Positions 8,792 to 18,430 of a stretch of DNA of 64,000 nt are shown here, one piece after another. The notes beneath the pieces are model-generated. The model was not told the origin of the DNA, did no database searches, and worked only from the letters and a program-made list of their open reading frames with translations. Origin of the DNA: Armatimonadota bacterium (GTDB lineage Bacteria > Armatimonadota > Armatimonadia > Armatimonadales > Capsulimonadaceae); NCBI GenBank assembly GCA_025353925.1, contig JANXNV010000093.1:1786-65785 (forward strand), written 5' to 3'. Positions within the stretch are counted from its first letter, which is position 1. Every line of letters begins with the position of its first letter. Position numbers and translations under genes: made by a program.

Positions 8792-8804
8792 CCGAACTAA
8801 GAAC

Positions 8805-8999
8805 ATGACCGAAAAGCCGCCGCTCTGGGCTGACATCCTTCTGAGCTTTTGGGTCGTCACGGTCGGTGTGTTTTTCTTCGGGGGCTACTTTTTCCCCGCG
8901 CAGATCGGCGTGTACACGCAGGCCGGGGCAGCGATCTATGCGCTGATGCTGCTGATTTCCGTCGGGACCATGGCCTGGAAGTTTTTGACTAGAAAGTAA
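8805..8999 (+). CDS. Small membrane protein (two TM helices), function unknown
   Basis: ATG at 8805 within track ORF 8640..8999. Third-position GC is high, and there are two hydrophobic helices (ILLSFWVVTVGVFFFGGYFF; AAIYALMLLISVGTMAW). Confidence 0.55.
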   Translation: MTEKPPLWADILLSFWVVTVGVFFFGGYFFPAQIGVYTQAGAAIYALMLLISVGTMAWKFLTRK

Positions 9000-9007
9000 G
9001 ACGAGCG

Positions 9008-9676
9008 ATGCGAACGTGGCTATCGTGTTTATTTCTGCTGATGACAACATTCCCTGCGCTGGCGGCTCCGGCCTACAAAGCGACGGGGGTAGCAATTCAT
9101 CAGTGCTCCTGCGCCTATGCCTGCCCTTGTATGTTTGAGAATGGCCCGGAGAACTGCGCTCTAGCAGCAGTCTATCATCTCGAAACGGCGCGGTACGCTG
9201 GGGTAGACATCAGCGGGCTGAACATGATCTCGATTGACGGGGCTTTGAAGGTTCACCACGCCGCTCCCTGCTGCGAGAAAACGCATTCGAAAATTGTCAA
9301 AACGAACGTTCCCGCTGGCGTCGTTTACCTGGATGCCCGCGCGACACCTGCCCAGAAATCGGCACTGCTCGGCCTGCTGGAAGCGCACGGCGAATGGCCC
9401 GGGCCGGGGCGTCCGGTCCGCAGCGTTCCGATCTCGTTTCAAAAGACGCCCACCGGGTACAAGACGACCGTGCCGGGCCTCTTTTCGGGGGAATCCAAAG
9501 GCGTTCTCAGCCGAACCAATACCCCGATTGTCGTGGAGGGGGTCGGCTTTGCGGAAGGGCCGCGCTGGGTGGTCGGACGCAGCGTCGTCAATGATCTGCA
9601 TGACGCCTCTCTGGGTCTGCACTGGCACCTGCCCGGCACGAACGGCTCGTGGTCGCAGTTTGCCTGGAGCCACTGA
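9008..9676 (+). CDS. DUF1326-like protein with an N-terminal signal peptide
   Basis: Cys motif CSCAYACPCMF, and later ATPAQKSALLGLLE. Both recall the CxCxxxCPCxF / ATPAQREALL pattern I remember for DUF1326. Signal-like start is MRTWLSCLFLLMTTFPALAAP. Confidence 0.6.
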   Translation: MRTWLSCLFLLMTTFPALAAPAYKATGVAIHQCSCAYACPCMFENGPENCALAAVYHLETARYAGVDISGLNMISIDGALKVHHAAPCCEKTHSKIVKTNVPAGVVYLDARATPAQKSALLGLLEAHGEWPGPGRPVRSVPISFQKTPTGYKTTVPGLFSGESKGVLSRTNTPIVVEGVGFAEGPRWVVGRSVVNDLHDASLGLHWHLPGTNGSWSQFAWSH

Positions 9677-9722
9677 GTCCATCCGCTCCCGCCCGGCGGA
9701 ACCACTGAGGAGAATTCTTTAC

Positions 9723-11885
9723 TTGTCCAGCCAGGCCATCAGTCAGCGTTACGAAATCCTGGAGACGGCTCCCGGTGCGGACACCCCGCCTTTTCTCGTC
9801 TCCAAAGCCCGCGATCTGGAAGAAGGCCGCGTCGTCTCCCTCCTGGTCCTGCCCGCCGACACGCTCGGTCCCGCATTGGCGGATTTCCAGTCGGCGGTGC
9901 GTCAGGCGCAGGAAGTGGAAGACAGCGGCATCCTGCGCGTTTACGACCAGGGGATCTCCGAGGAAACCGGCGAAGTCTATGTGGCCCGTGAGTACATGCG
10001 CGGCATCGCCCTTCAGGAGCGAATTCGCCGGATCGCGCCCTTCTCGCTGACCGTGGCCGCTGACATCGCCGCCTCGGTTGCGGATAGTCTGACCGCCGCT
10101 CACCGGGTGGGGGTCGCACACGGCGATCTGCGTCCCCTGCGGATACTTCTCAGTCCGGAGGGCCAGATCAAGGTCGCCGACTTTGCCTATGGAGCTATCG
10201 CGTCCGCTCGAACCGAAGAAGCGTCCCGCCTGGCCTACTTGGCCCCCGAGCTGGGGCATGAAGACGTTTCGTTTGCGGGTGATATTTATGCCCTCGGGGC
10301 CATTCTCTACGAGATGCTGACCGGTGCCTCTCCTCTGGTCGGGGGAACACGCGTTACTTCCCCTCGCGCGATCAATCCCGGTATTCCCCCGGCACTGGAC
10401 GGCATCGTGCAAAAAGCACTTCATACGGATTTGAGCATTCGGTACCGCTCGGCCAGCGGTCTGCTGGCCGACTTGCAGGCCGTTCGCGAGGCACTGCGCA
10501 GCGGGAAGTCTCTGGCATGGTCACCGCTTACGCAGAAATCTACGGAAAAGGCGGAGAGACGAATTCCGCGCCCGGTGGCTGTGGAACCTGCCGGGATATC
10601 TCCCTTAATCATTGCCACACCGGGAGCGATCACGGCAGCGGCTCAGGAATTGGACGAAGAACGTGCCGGTGTGTTGGTTGAGCAGCCGGAGGCCCGCAAG
10701 CAAGAGGCCCGGCAGCCGGAGTGGGACGGAGCGGATATGCGGGAAGCCAAGCGGGGGCGCGAACGAGAACCGATCTCGGCCCTGGGAATCGCCACCTCGA
10801 TTATGTTCGTGATCGCCATTCTCGGCGTCATCGGTCTGACCTGGTACCTGACGAAGTTTATGCAGCCGCCGAACGATGTCCAGGTCCCTAACCTGATCGG
10901 GAAGACGTTCGACGATGCCAAACGAATCGCCGAGCAGCAGCATTTCACGCTTGTTGAAAACCCCGGCAGCACGTACAGCGACACCATGCCGGAGAACCAG
11001 ATCTACGCGCAGTCTCCGCTGTCCGGACACACGATCAAGGCCGAAAAAGAAGTGACGGTCTCCCGCAGCCTCGGGCCGCGTCTGCTGATCGTGCCCGATC
11101 TCGTCGGCACGACCCAGGACCACGCGACACAGGCTCTGGAAAGTGCCAAATTCCCATCCCCCGGTACGGTCGCTCAGGAATTCAGTGAGACGGTTCCTGC
11201 GGGGATCATTATTCGGCAATCCCCGGATCGGCAGAGTAAAGTCGCCCGAAACACCGCCGTCAACTTTGTCGTCTCCAAAGGTCGGCAGCCGCCCGAGACC
11301 CCGACACAGGTGCAGTCCACCGCAGCTGGTTCAGACAAAGTGGACCTCAACTGGGAGGCGGCGACCCGTGCCCAATCCTACACCATTCTGCGCTCCCTGG
11401 ACGGTGAAGTTGTGACCGTTGCCCGGGCACTCGCCGCGACCCATTTCACCGATACGGGCCTGAAGCCTGACACGACATATTCCTACACGATCAACGCCGT
11501 CAATTCGGCGGGCGAATCCGGCCCCAGCGAATCCACGCTTGTCACGACTTCGCCGAAAGTGGAAACTCCGGTCGTGCTGCCGCCCAGCACGGTCGTGACG
11601 CCGCCGGTGGATTCCTCAGTGCCTCCTCCGGATGTCACCCCGCCACCGGACCAGCCGCAGACCGCCAGCCTGCGCCAGTTCACTATTGAGTTCCGCGTGC
11701 CGCGCCGTCCGCGCCGCACGCGTCATGTCCAGATCGAGATTCAGGATACGACAGGCACGAATCTGGTGTACGATGAGAACCATGAGGCGGGCGAGACCGT
11801 CAGTGCCCCGGTGCAGGGGATCGGCCACAAAGTCACGTTTCGCATCTTTTTAGACAACAAGCTGGTCAAGCAGCAGACGTTTTAG
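9723..11885 (+). CDS. PknB-like Ser/Thr protein kinase homologue (probable pseudokinase) with a TM helix, 2 PASTA domains, an Fn3 domain and a C-terminal beta domain
   Basis: Proposed TTG start at 9723, 10 nt after GAGGAG; the track ORF from 9294 overlaps the previous gene. Kinase fold motifs are HGDLRPLRILL, DFA and YLAPE. TM helix is IMFVIAILGVIGLTWYL. PASTA-like segments are VPNLIGKTFDDAKRIA... and VPDLVGTTQDHATQAL.... Fn3-like segment is DKVDLNWEAATRAQSYTILR...TTYSYTINAVNSAGES. Confidence 0.8.
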   Translation: MSSQAISQRYEILETAPGADTPPFLVSKARDLEEGRVVSLLVLPADTLGPALADFQSAVRQAQEVEDSGILRVYDQGISEETGEVYVAREYMRGIALQERIRRIAPFSLTVAADIAASVADSLTAAHRVGVAHGDLRPLRILLSPEGQIKVADFAYGAIASARTEEASRLAYLAPELGHEDVSFAGDIYALGAILYEMLTGASPLVGGTRVTSPRAINPGIPPALDGIVQKALHTDLSIRYRSASGLLADLQAVREALRSGKSLAWSPLTQKSTEKAERRIPRPVAVEPAGISPLIIATPGAITAAAQELDEERAGVLVEQPEARKQEARQPEWDGADMREAKRGREREPISALGIATSIMFVIAILGVIGLTWYLTKFMQPPNDVQVPNLIGKTFDDAKRIAEQQHFTLVENPGSTYSDTMPENQIYAQSPLSGHTIKAEKEVTVSRSLGPRLLIVPDLVGTTQDHATQALESAKFPSPGTVAQEFSETVPAGIIIRQSPDRQSKVARNTAVNFVVSKGRQPPETPTQVQSTAAGSDKVDLNWEAATRAQSYTILRSLDGEVVTVARALAATHFTDTGLKPDTTYSYTINAVNSAGESGPSESTLVTTSPKVETPVVLPPSTVVTPPVDSSVPPPDVTPPPDQPQTASLRQFTIEFRVPRRPRRTRHVQIEIQDTTGTNLVYDENHEAGETVSAPVQGIGHKVTFRIFLDNKLVKQQTF

Positions 11886-11893
11886 CGAACATT

Positions 11894-12592
11894 ATGTCCA
11901 TCAAAATTGCACCTTCGATTCTCTCCGCCGATTTCGGAGCCTTCGCCGAGGCGACTGAAGAGCTGGCCGCGGCCGGGGCGGATTACATCCATATCGACGT
12001 GATGGACGGTCACTTCGTGCCGAATATCACGTTTGGAGCGCAGCTTGTCCGCGCCCTGCGCCCGGTCACGGGGGTTCCCTTCGATACGCACCTGATGATC
12101 GAGAACCCCGGGCAGTATGTCGCCGAGTTCGCGAAAGCCGGCAGCAACCTCGTGACCATCCATCCGGAGACGACGTTCCACCTGGACCGTGTTCTGCATC
12201 AGATCAAAGACGCTGGGGCAAGAGCCGGAGTCGCCTTGAACCCCGCCACCCCGATCAGTGCCATCGAATGGACCTTGGGCCTGCTGGACCGCGTTCTAGT
12301 CATGACGGTCAACCCCGGCTTCGGTGGTCAGGCTTTCATTCCGGAGATGCTGCAGAAGGTCCGTGCCCTGGCGCAGCTCCGAGCCGCCCAGGGCCTCCGC
12401 TTCGAGATCGGTGTGGACGGCGGCGTCAATGCCGACACGGCTCCCCTGGTCGCCAAAGCGGGGGCGGATACGCTGATTGCCGGGAGCGCGGTGTTCCATC
12501 ACCCGGAAGGTCTCGCCGATGCCGTCTCCGAGCTGCGCCGCCTGGCGAACGCCGCCGTCCCCGAAAGCCCGCACCGAAACGGAGGCCGCTGA
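11894..12592 (+). CDS. rpe: Ribulose-phosphate 3-epimerase
   Basis: IAPSILSADF...IHIDVMDGHFVPNITFG...MTVNPGFGGQ...VDGG are canonical Rpe motifs. Confidence 0.95.
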   Translation: MSIKIAPSILSADFGAFAEATEELAAAGADYIHIDVMDGHFVPNITFGAQLVRALRPVTGVPFDTHLMIENPGQYVAEFAKAGSNLVTIHPETTFHLDRVLHQIKDAGARAGVALNPATPISAIEWTLGLLDRVLVMTVNPGFGGQAFIPEMLQKVRALAQLRAAQGLRFEIGVDGGVNADTAPLVAKAGADTLIAGSAVFHHPEGLADAVSELRRLANAAVPESPHRNGGR

Positions 12593-12990
12593 TGCCTCCC
12601 GGGCTGCTCACACGCCCTTTGCTGATCCTCGCCCTCCTGGCCGCCGCCCTTTACGGCCTCTGGGAAGTCCGACGCTGGCCCACGCCGACGGGCCTCGAAG
12701 TCATCTCCCCAAAGCAGCGTGTCCTCCGCGCCTGGGGCCTCTTTTTCCTCCTCGCCACCCTGGGCCTCTGCCTGGGCTGGACCTACCTTCCCCTCCCGCA
12801 CAGCCGCCGGGCCTTGATCCGCTACGCCCAGTACATCATTCTAATTTGCCTCTCCGTCCTGCCGCTGGTCCCACTGGCCCTGTTGGATTGGCGCGAAAAC
12901 ATCCGGCATCTGGCGTCCTCGCGAAAAAAGCTGTTCGAGGAAACGCTGGGGTCGCTGGCGGGGAAAGGAAGCAGCGACTCTGAACTCTGA
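12592..12990 (+). CDS. Membrane protein, function unknown
   Basis: The ATG overlaps the rpe stop (TGATG). There are three hydrophobic helices and high GC3. It is the internal start of track ORF 12268..12990. Confidence 0.55.
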   Translation: MPPGLLTRPLLILALLAAALYGLWEVRRWPTPTGLEVISPKQRVLRAWGLFFLLATLGLCLGWTYLPLPHSRRALIRYAQYIILICLSVLPLVPLALLDWRENIRHLASSRKKLFEETLGSLAGKGSSDSEL

Positions 12991-13000
12991 CCCCCACTAC

Positions 13001-14089
13001 ATGCGCCGTGCCCTCCGCCTAGCCGTCCTCGGACGACACGCCAGCCCGAACCCGATGGTCGGCTGCGTTCTCGTCGGCCCGGACGGCCAAATCGTCGGCG
13101 CAGGGTACCACCCAGAGGCCGGACAGCCGCATGCGGAAGTGTTTGCACTGCGCGAAGCCGGGGACAAAGCACGTGGGGCAACGGCGTACGTGACCCTGGA
13201 GCCGTGCGCCCACCACGGGCGGACTCCGCCCTGCGCCGAGGCGCTTTTAGCGGCGGGGGTGACCCGCGTCGTGGCGGCGATGACGGACCCGGACAAACGC
13301 GTCGCCGGGCTAGGCCTGGAGCGGCTCCGAGCGGGTGGGGTGGAAGTGTCTGTGGGCATTTTGGAGGCCGAGGCCCGCGTTCTTAACGCCGCGTACGTCA
13401 AGCACCGGGTGACGCGCTTGCCCTGGTTCGTTCTGAAAACCGCCATGACGCTGGATGGCAAGATCGCAACGGCGACGGGCGATGCGCAGTGGATCACGTC
13501 GGCGATCTCCCGGAAGGCGGTGCATCGGCAGCTGCGTGACCGCTGCGATGCGATCCTCACCGGGGTGGGGACAGTGCTGGCGGATGATCCGTCGCTGACC
13601 ACGAGGCTGACGCATCGGGTCGGCAGAAATCCCTGGCGGATCGTGGTGGACAGTCGGCTGCGAACGCCGCTGACGGCGAACGTGGTGCGGCTTTCCGAGG
13701 AAGACGGTCGGACAATCTTCGCGACGACATCCGCTGCCGACCCGGAAAAGCGTGACGCGCTCGAAGCTCTGGGCTGTCAGGTGCTGGACTGTGATGCGAC
13801 TGATGACGGGAGAGTTGACCTGACCGATTTCGCCTATCAACTGGGAACCCGAGGGGACATGATTTGTGTTCTTGTAGAAAGCGGTGGCCAGCTGGCGGCA
13901 GGTCTGCTTAAGGCAGGATTGATCGATCGCTGGATCAACTACATCGCCCCAAAAGTTGTGGGCGGCTCCGATGCCCCCGGCCCAGTGGACAGCCTCGGGA
14001 TCAGTTTGATGAGTCAGGCCCGGCCAGTGACTTTCCAGAAAGTCCGCCGTTGCGGCCCGGACATCGTGATTGATGCCCGCTTTGGGTAG
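13001..14089 (+). CDS. ribD: Bifunctional riboflavin biosynthesis protein RibD (deaminase/reductase)
   Basis: Deaminase zinc motifs HAEVFAL and TLEPCAHHGRTPPC, then the reductase part LKTAMTLDGKIAT... Confidence 0.95.
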   Translation: MRRALRLAVLGRHASPNPMVGCVLVGPDGQIVGAGYHPEAGQPHAEVFALREAGDKARGATAYVTLEPCAHHGRTPPCAEALLAAGVTRVVAAMTDPDKRVAGLGLERLRAGGVEVSVGILEAEARVLNAAYVKHRVTRLPWFVLKTAMTLDGKIATATGDAQWITSAISRKAVHRQLRDRCDAILTGVGTVLADDPSLTTRLTHRVGRNPWRIVVDSRLRTPLTANVVRLSEEDGRTIFATTSAADPEKRDALEALGCQVLDCDATDDGRVDLTDFAYQLGTRGDMICVLVESGGQLAAGLLKAGLIDRWINYIAPKVVGGSDAPGPVDSLGISLMSQARPVTFQKVRRCGPDIVIDARFG

Positions 14090-14139
14090 AATAAAGCAGC
14101 AAGACAAAAATACACTTGAGGAGGTGAGGAAGAGGCACT

Positions 14140-14817
14140 ATGTTTACGGGAATCATACAAGAAGTCGGTTCGGTCGAGGCGATAGTACGGGGCGAGCAGT
14201 CCGCACGGTTCACGATCCGTGCCGGGCACATCCTCGAGGACGTTAAGTTGGGCGACAGCATCACGGTCAACGGAGCCTGTCTCACCATCGTCGAGCATGG
14301 GCCGGGGACAGTGGCCTTCGATGCCGTGTACGAAACTCTACAGAAGACGGCACTCGGCGCACTCGCCATCGGCGACGAAGTCAATTTAGAGCCAAGCCTC
14401 GCCGCTAGTGGCCGGTTTGACGGTCACATCGTCCAGGGCCATGTGGACGGTGTCGGCACCATCGCCAGTATCCGCGAGGTGGATAACTCCTACTACATCT
14501 ACATCACCGCCTCCCAGGCAATCACCCGGTATATCGTCCGCAAAGGCAGCATCGCCATCGACGGTATCTCGCTGACCGTTGTCGATGCCGATGATAAGAC
14601 ATTCTCCGTCGCCATTATTCCTCATACCTGGGACCACACAAACCTGCATGCCCGCCGTGCTGGGGATCAGGTGAATTTGGAAACAGACATCATCGGTAAG
14701 TACGTCGAAAAGCTGGTCGGTGGCGACTATGCCCGCTCCGAAGCCCCCGTTCGCATCGCCGACTTGGAGCGTTCCGAGCCGTCCTGGGCTGGGCCGGTGA
14801 CGGCTTACCGGGAGTAA
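14140..14817 (+). CDS. ribE: Riboflavin synthase (alpha chain)
   Basis: MFTGIIQEVG N-terminus and its internal duplicate FDGHIVQGHVDGVG. GAGGAGG RBS lies upstream. Confidence 0.9.
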   Translation: MFTGIIQEVGSVEAIVRGEQSARFTIRAGHILEDVKLGDSITVNGACLTIVEHGPGTVAFDAVYETLQKTALGALAIGDEVNLEPSLAASGRFDGHIVQGHVDGVGTIASIREVDNSYYIYITASQAITRYIVRKGSIAIDGISLTVVDADDKTFSVAIIPHTWDHTNLHARRAGDQVNLETDIIGKYVEKLVGGDYARSEAPVRIADLERSEPSWAGPVTAYRE

Positions 14818-14822
14818 ACAGA

Positions 14823-15053
14823 ATGACGAAATTATTAGAAAGAGCGATTGCCGAAGTGAATAAACTACCGGCAGGGGCACAGGATCGAGTCGCTTCCAGG
14901 CTGCTAGACGAAATCATAGGGGAATCGCTTGCGGATGAACCCGAGCGTACCCTGGCAGATCTGCTGGCAGCGGCGCGAGTGGAATATGAACGTGGCGAGA
15001 CGAAGCCTATGAGCAAAAACTGTGTTATCGCGAACGACCAAAGGTTTCCGTGA
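14823..15053 (+). CDS. Type II antitoxin-like protein (partner of the downstream RelE/ParE-like toxin)
   Basis: 76 aa, acidic and helical, overlapping the toxin ORF by 32 nt. The N-terminal MTKLLERAIAEVNKLP...RVASRLLDEI is typical of small antitoxins paired with this toxin type. Confidence 0.6.
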   Translation: MTKLLERAIAEVNKLPAGAQDRVASRLLDEIIGESLADEPERTLADLLAAARVEYERGETKPMSKNCVIANDQRFP

Positions 15054-15291
15054 TCGGCTTAGAAACTTGCCGCGCGAGATACAGATTATCGCGGACAAAG
15101 CTTACCTACTATGGCTTGATGATCCCCAGCATTCAGGCTTGGACTTCAAGCAAGTCACTAGTGAGCAAAGCCTGTATTCAGTTCGCATTGGGCTGCATTG
15201 GAGAGCACTCGGATTTCGGACTGATGACACGATTGTTTGGTTTTGGGTCGGTTCGCATGCAAAATACGACAGATTGCTGAAACAATTTTAG
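15022..15291 (+). CDS. RelE/ParE-superfamily toxin
   Basis: The C-terminal YSVRIGLHWRALGFRTDDTIVWFWVGSHAKYDRLL matches the conserved ySvRig..yRAlg....i.WfWIGsHaeYd pattern of this toxin family. GTG start is at 15022. Confidence 0.7.
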   Translation: MLSRTTKGFRDRLRNLPREIQIIADKAYLLWLDDPQHSGLDFKQVTSEQSLYSVRIGLHWRALGFRTDDTIVWFWVGSHAKYDRLLKQF

Positions 15292-15301
15292 AAGCCCCAC
15301 T

Positions 15302-16555
15302 ATGACCGAAACACATTTTGTGACTGAAACTAAATTCAACACGATCGACGAAGCCGTCGCGGACCTACGGGCGGGCAAGATGGTCATCCTTGTGGACGAC
15401 GAAGACCGCGAGAATGAAGGCGATTTTGTCATGGCGGCCGAGTTTATCACGGCGGAAGCTATCACGCTGATGACGCGGCACGCCAGCGGTATCATTACTG
15501 TGCCGATGCCCGAGGAGCGGCTAATCGCGCTCAACTTGGAGCTGATGGTCCGCGAGAACAGTGAGTCCATGCGGACGGCGTTTACAATCACGGTGGACGC
15601 TCGCGAAGGGACGACTACGGGGAGCAGTGCGGCGGACCGCGCATTCACGATCCGAAAGCTGGCTGACCCGACCGCCCGTGCCTCAGACTTCAACCGGCCC
15701 GGCCACGTCAACCCGCTCATGGCCCGAAATGGGGGCGTTCTCAAACGTGCCGGGCACACGGAAGCGGCGGTGGACTTGATGCATCTGGCGGGTTTGCAGC
15801 CGGTCGGGGTCATTTGCGAGATCATGGGCGACGGCGGGGAGATGGCCCGCGTGCCGGAGCTGGCGGAGCTGGCTCAAAAGTTCGACCTCAAATTCATCAC
15901 GATTGCCGAGCTGATCAAGTACCGCCGCCGGATGGAGAAGCTGATCCACAAAGTGGCTTCTGCCCGTCTGCCGTCGCGCTACGGAGAATTCACGGCTCAT
16001 GCTTACGAAAGCGAAGTGGACCCATCCCCCTACACGGCTTTCACGATGGGCGATATTGCCGACGGCAAAGACGTCCTGGTGCGAATTCACTCCTCGTGCG
16101 TCACTGGGGATCTGCTCGACTCGCTCAAATGCGACTGTGGGGACCAGCTGCATCTGGCCCTGGAGAAGATCGGCGAAGCAGGCCGTGGCGTTTTGCTTTA
16201 CATCGAGCAGGAAGGCCGGGGCATTGGGATCGCCAATAAGATCCGTGCCTATGCGCTCCAGGATGCCGGGGCGGACACAGTCGAGGCCAATGTTCAGCTC
16301 GGGTTCAAAGCCGACCTGCGCGATTATGGGATCGGGGCGCAGGTGCTGGTCGATTTGGGCGTGAAGCGACTGCTATACATGACGAATAATCCGGCAAAGC
16401 TGGCCGGGCTGGAAGGGTATGGCCTGGAGATCGTCGAGCGGATTCCGCTGGTCTCGGAGCCGAACGACTCCAATCGCCATTACTTGGAGACAAAACGGGC
16501 AAAGATGGGGCACTTTTTGGTGCTGGATGAACAAGATGTGCCCGAAGCCGCGTAA
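15302..16555 (+). CDS. ribBA: Bifunctional 3,4-dihydroxy-2-butanone-4-phosphate synthase / GTP cyclohydrolase II
   Basis: DHBP synthase motifs are [12 protein letters not shown] and [14 protein letters not shown] zinc motif is CDCGDQL, followed by EGRGIG. Confidence 0.95.
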   Translation: MTETHFVTETKFNTIDEAVADLRAGKMVILVDDEDRENEGDFVMAAEFITAEAITLMTRHASGIITVPMPEERLIALNLELMVRENSESMRTAFTITVDAREGTTTGSSAADRAFTIRKLADPTARASDFNRPGHVNPLMARNGGVLKRAGHTEAAVDLMHLAGLQPVGVICEIMGDGGEMARVPELAELAQKFDLKFITIAELIKYRRRMEKLIHKVASARLPSRYGEFTAHAYESEVDPSPYTAFTMGDIADGKDVLVRIHSSCVTGDLLDSLKCDCGDQLHLALEKIGEAGRGVLLYIEQEGRGIGIANKIRAYALQDAGADTVEANVQLGFKADLRDYGIGAQVLVDLGVKRLLYMTNNPAKLAGLEGYGLEIVERIPLVSEPNDSNRHYLETKRAKMGHFLVLDEQDVPEAA

Positions 16556-16583
16556 ATACTTAGGAAAAAAAGTAACGTTTAGT

Positions 16584-17051
16584 ATGAAGACATTTGAAGG
16601 TACGCTGATTGCGTCAGGCTTGAAGATTGCTGTTGTCTTAAGCCGGTTTAACTCACTCATCGGGGATCGCCTATTGGAGGGCGCACTCGATACGCTGAAA
16701 AGGCATGGCGTCTCGGACGACGAAATCACGCTGACACGGGTTCCCGGTGCCTTCGAGATCCCGCTGGCGGCCTCGGCCCTGGCGAAAACGGGCAAATATG
16801 ATGCGGTGATCTGCCTCGGGGCAGTTATTCGGGGCGCGACTGCGCACTTCGATTATGTCGCCGGGCCGCTGGCTTCGGGGCTGGCTTCGATTGCGGTGGA
16901 CACAGGTGTGCCGATCCTATTCGGCGTACTGACCACCGACACGATTGAGCAGGCATTGGAGCGGGCGGGGACCAAGGCAGGCAACAAAGGTGCGGATGTT
17001 GCCGCTGCAGCTATCGAAATGGCGAACTTATTGAAGACGATCCGCGTATAA
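16584..17051 (+). CDS. ribH: 6,7-dimethyl-8-ribityllumazine synthase
   Basis: ATG at 16584 inside track ORF 16419..17051. [20 protein letters not shown]...VPGAFEIP...[14 protein letters not shown] are RibH signatures. Confidence 0.95.
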   Translation: MKTFEGTLIASGLKIAVVLSRFNSLIGDRLLEGALDTLKRHGVSDDEITLTRVPGAFEIPLAASALAKTGKYDAVICLGAVIRGATAHFDYVAGPLASGLASIAVDTGVPILFGVLTTDTIEQALERAGTKAGNKGADVAAAAIEMANLLKTIRV

Positions 17052-17107
17052 GTAGACGAAGACGAAATCAAGCACTCTCATCAAACTCTGAGGAAATCTG
17101 AAAAAAT

Positions 17108-18352
17108 ATGAAAAACGCAAGCTCTTATGTCGCCGTGTTCGCGGTCGGCGTCGTCGCCTGCGCCGTTGGGTTAAAAACACTCGGTGATCCCGTCGCCCTT
17201 CTTTCCGGCAATGCGCCATCGAAGCGTGCTGTGCTGGCGTCGCTCGATACCACACCGCCGGCACTCAAGCATTTCACCGGCGATACGGTCGTTGCCGACG
17301 CCGCCGCGAAAGTGGATCAAGCGGTTGTGACTGTCCATACGGTCGGCAAAGCTGCCCCGCAGCAGAATAATCCTTTCGGAGATGATCCCATCTTCCGCCA
17401 CTTCTTCGGCGGTGGAGGCGATGCCCAGGCGACACCGCGTGGGGCCGGGTCGGGCGTCATCATCAGCACTGATGGTTACATTCTCACCAACAATCATGTG
17501 GTAGAGAACACCCAGGCGGTCACGGTAAATGTCGGCGACAAGGGCTACGATGCGAAAGTCATCGGGGCGGATCCGGTAACTGATATTGCCGTCGTCAAGA
17601 TCGACACAAAAGGCGCGAAGCTAGTTGCCGCGCAGCTCGGTAATTCCGATGATCTGCGGATTGGAGACTGGGCCATTGCCGTCGGCAACCCGCTGGATAT
17701 CGGCACAACGGTCACGCTCGGCATCATCAGCGCGGTCAATCGGAGCGGTCTGAACGCTGACGGCGGCCACGCATTGAATTCGGTCATCCAGACAGATGCC
17801 GCTATCAACCCCGGCAATTCGGGCGGCGCACTAGCAAATATCAACGGTCAGGTGATTGGCATCAACGAAGCGATCTACTCCCCAACCGGTTCCTATGTCG
17901 GTATCGGTTTTGCGATCCCGATTAACTCAGCCAAGAAGATCGCCGCCGAGTTGATTCGCAGTGGTAAGATCGTCCGGCCTTATCTCGGCGTTTCCTACGC
18001 TCCGCTCAAAGCGTTCCCAGCGCAGGCCCGTCGCCAGATGGGCATCACGCTAGGCTCCGATAACGGAGTCATCGTGCAGCAGGTCTATCCCGGCTCCCCG
18101 GCTGCAACCGCCGGGCTGAAAACCTACGATGTGATTTTGGAAGCCAACCGGCTGCCGATTACCAATCAGGATAGTCTGAACAACATCATCAAGACGCTCA
18201 AGGTCGGTGATGTGCTGGTGCTAAAAGTGTCCCGCAACGGCACGGACCGTATCCTGAATGTCACGCTGCGTGAGCGTCCGGCGACATTCGGTGAGACCCC
18301 GCCGCAGCCGCAGGAGCAGGCACCGCAGATACTGCCGTTCGGCCAGCCGTAA
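17108..18352 (+). CDS. htrA: HtrA/DegP-family periplasmic serine protease with a PDZ domain
   Basis: Catalytic triad context is TNNHVV, DIAV and GNSGGAL. The C-terminal PDZ-like segment is GVIVQQVYPGSPAATAGLKTYDVILEAN. There is an N-terminal TM/signal. Confidence 0.9.
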   Translation: MKNASSYVAVFAVGVVACAVGLKTLGDPVALLSGNAPSKRAVLASLDTTPPALKHFTGDTVVADAAAKVDQAVVTVHTVGKAAPQQNNPFGDDPIFRHFFGGGGDAQATPRGAGSGVIISTDGYILTNNHVVENTQAVTVNVGDKGYDAKVIGADPVTDIAVVKIDTKGAKLVAAQLGNSDDLRIGDWAIAVGNPLDIGTTVTLGIISAVNRSGLNADGGHALNSVIQTDAAINPGNSGGALANINGQVIGINEAIYSPTGSYVGIGFAIPINSAKKIAAELIRSGKIVRPYLGVSYAPLKAFPAQARRQMGITLGSDNGVIVQQVYPGSPAATAGLKTYDVILEANRLPITNQDSLNNIIKTLKVGDVLVLKVSRNGTDRILNVTLRERPATFGETPPQPQEQAPQILPFGQP

Positions 18353-18368
18353 CGCGGCTGCTTGACAG

Positions 18369-18407
18369 AAATCAGCTCCTCCCCAATTTTGGGGAGGAGC
18401 TGATTTT
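18369..18407 (+). terminator. Rho-independent terminator after htrA
   Basis: Perfect 16-bp stem aaatcagctcctcccc / ggggaggagctgattt, 6-nt loop, trailing T run. Confidence 0.8.
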
Positions 18408-18430
18408 GCGCGTCGGGTACAATCTGTTGT

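Noticed and set aside
9294-9722. 5' extension of the kinase ORF back to 9294
   Set aside because: It overlaps the DUF1326-like gene in another frame with an Arg-rich junk translation. A GAGGAG RBS plus TTG at 9723 gives a sensible N-terminus.
12990-14140. FMN (RFN) riboswitch upstream of the rib genes
   Set aside because: ribD starts 10 nt after the preceding gene, and the ribD-ribE gap is about 50 nt with no RFN-like conserved core. I could not find the element anywhere in the window.
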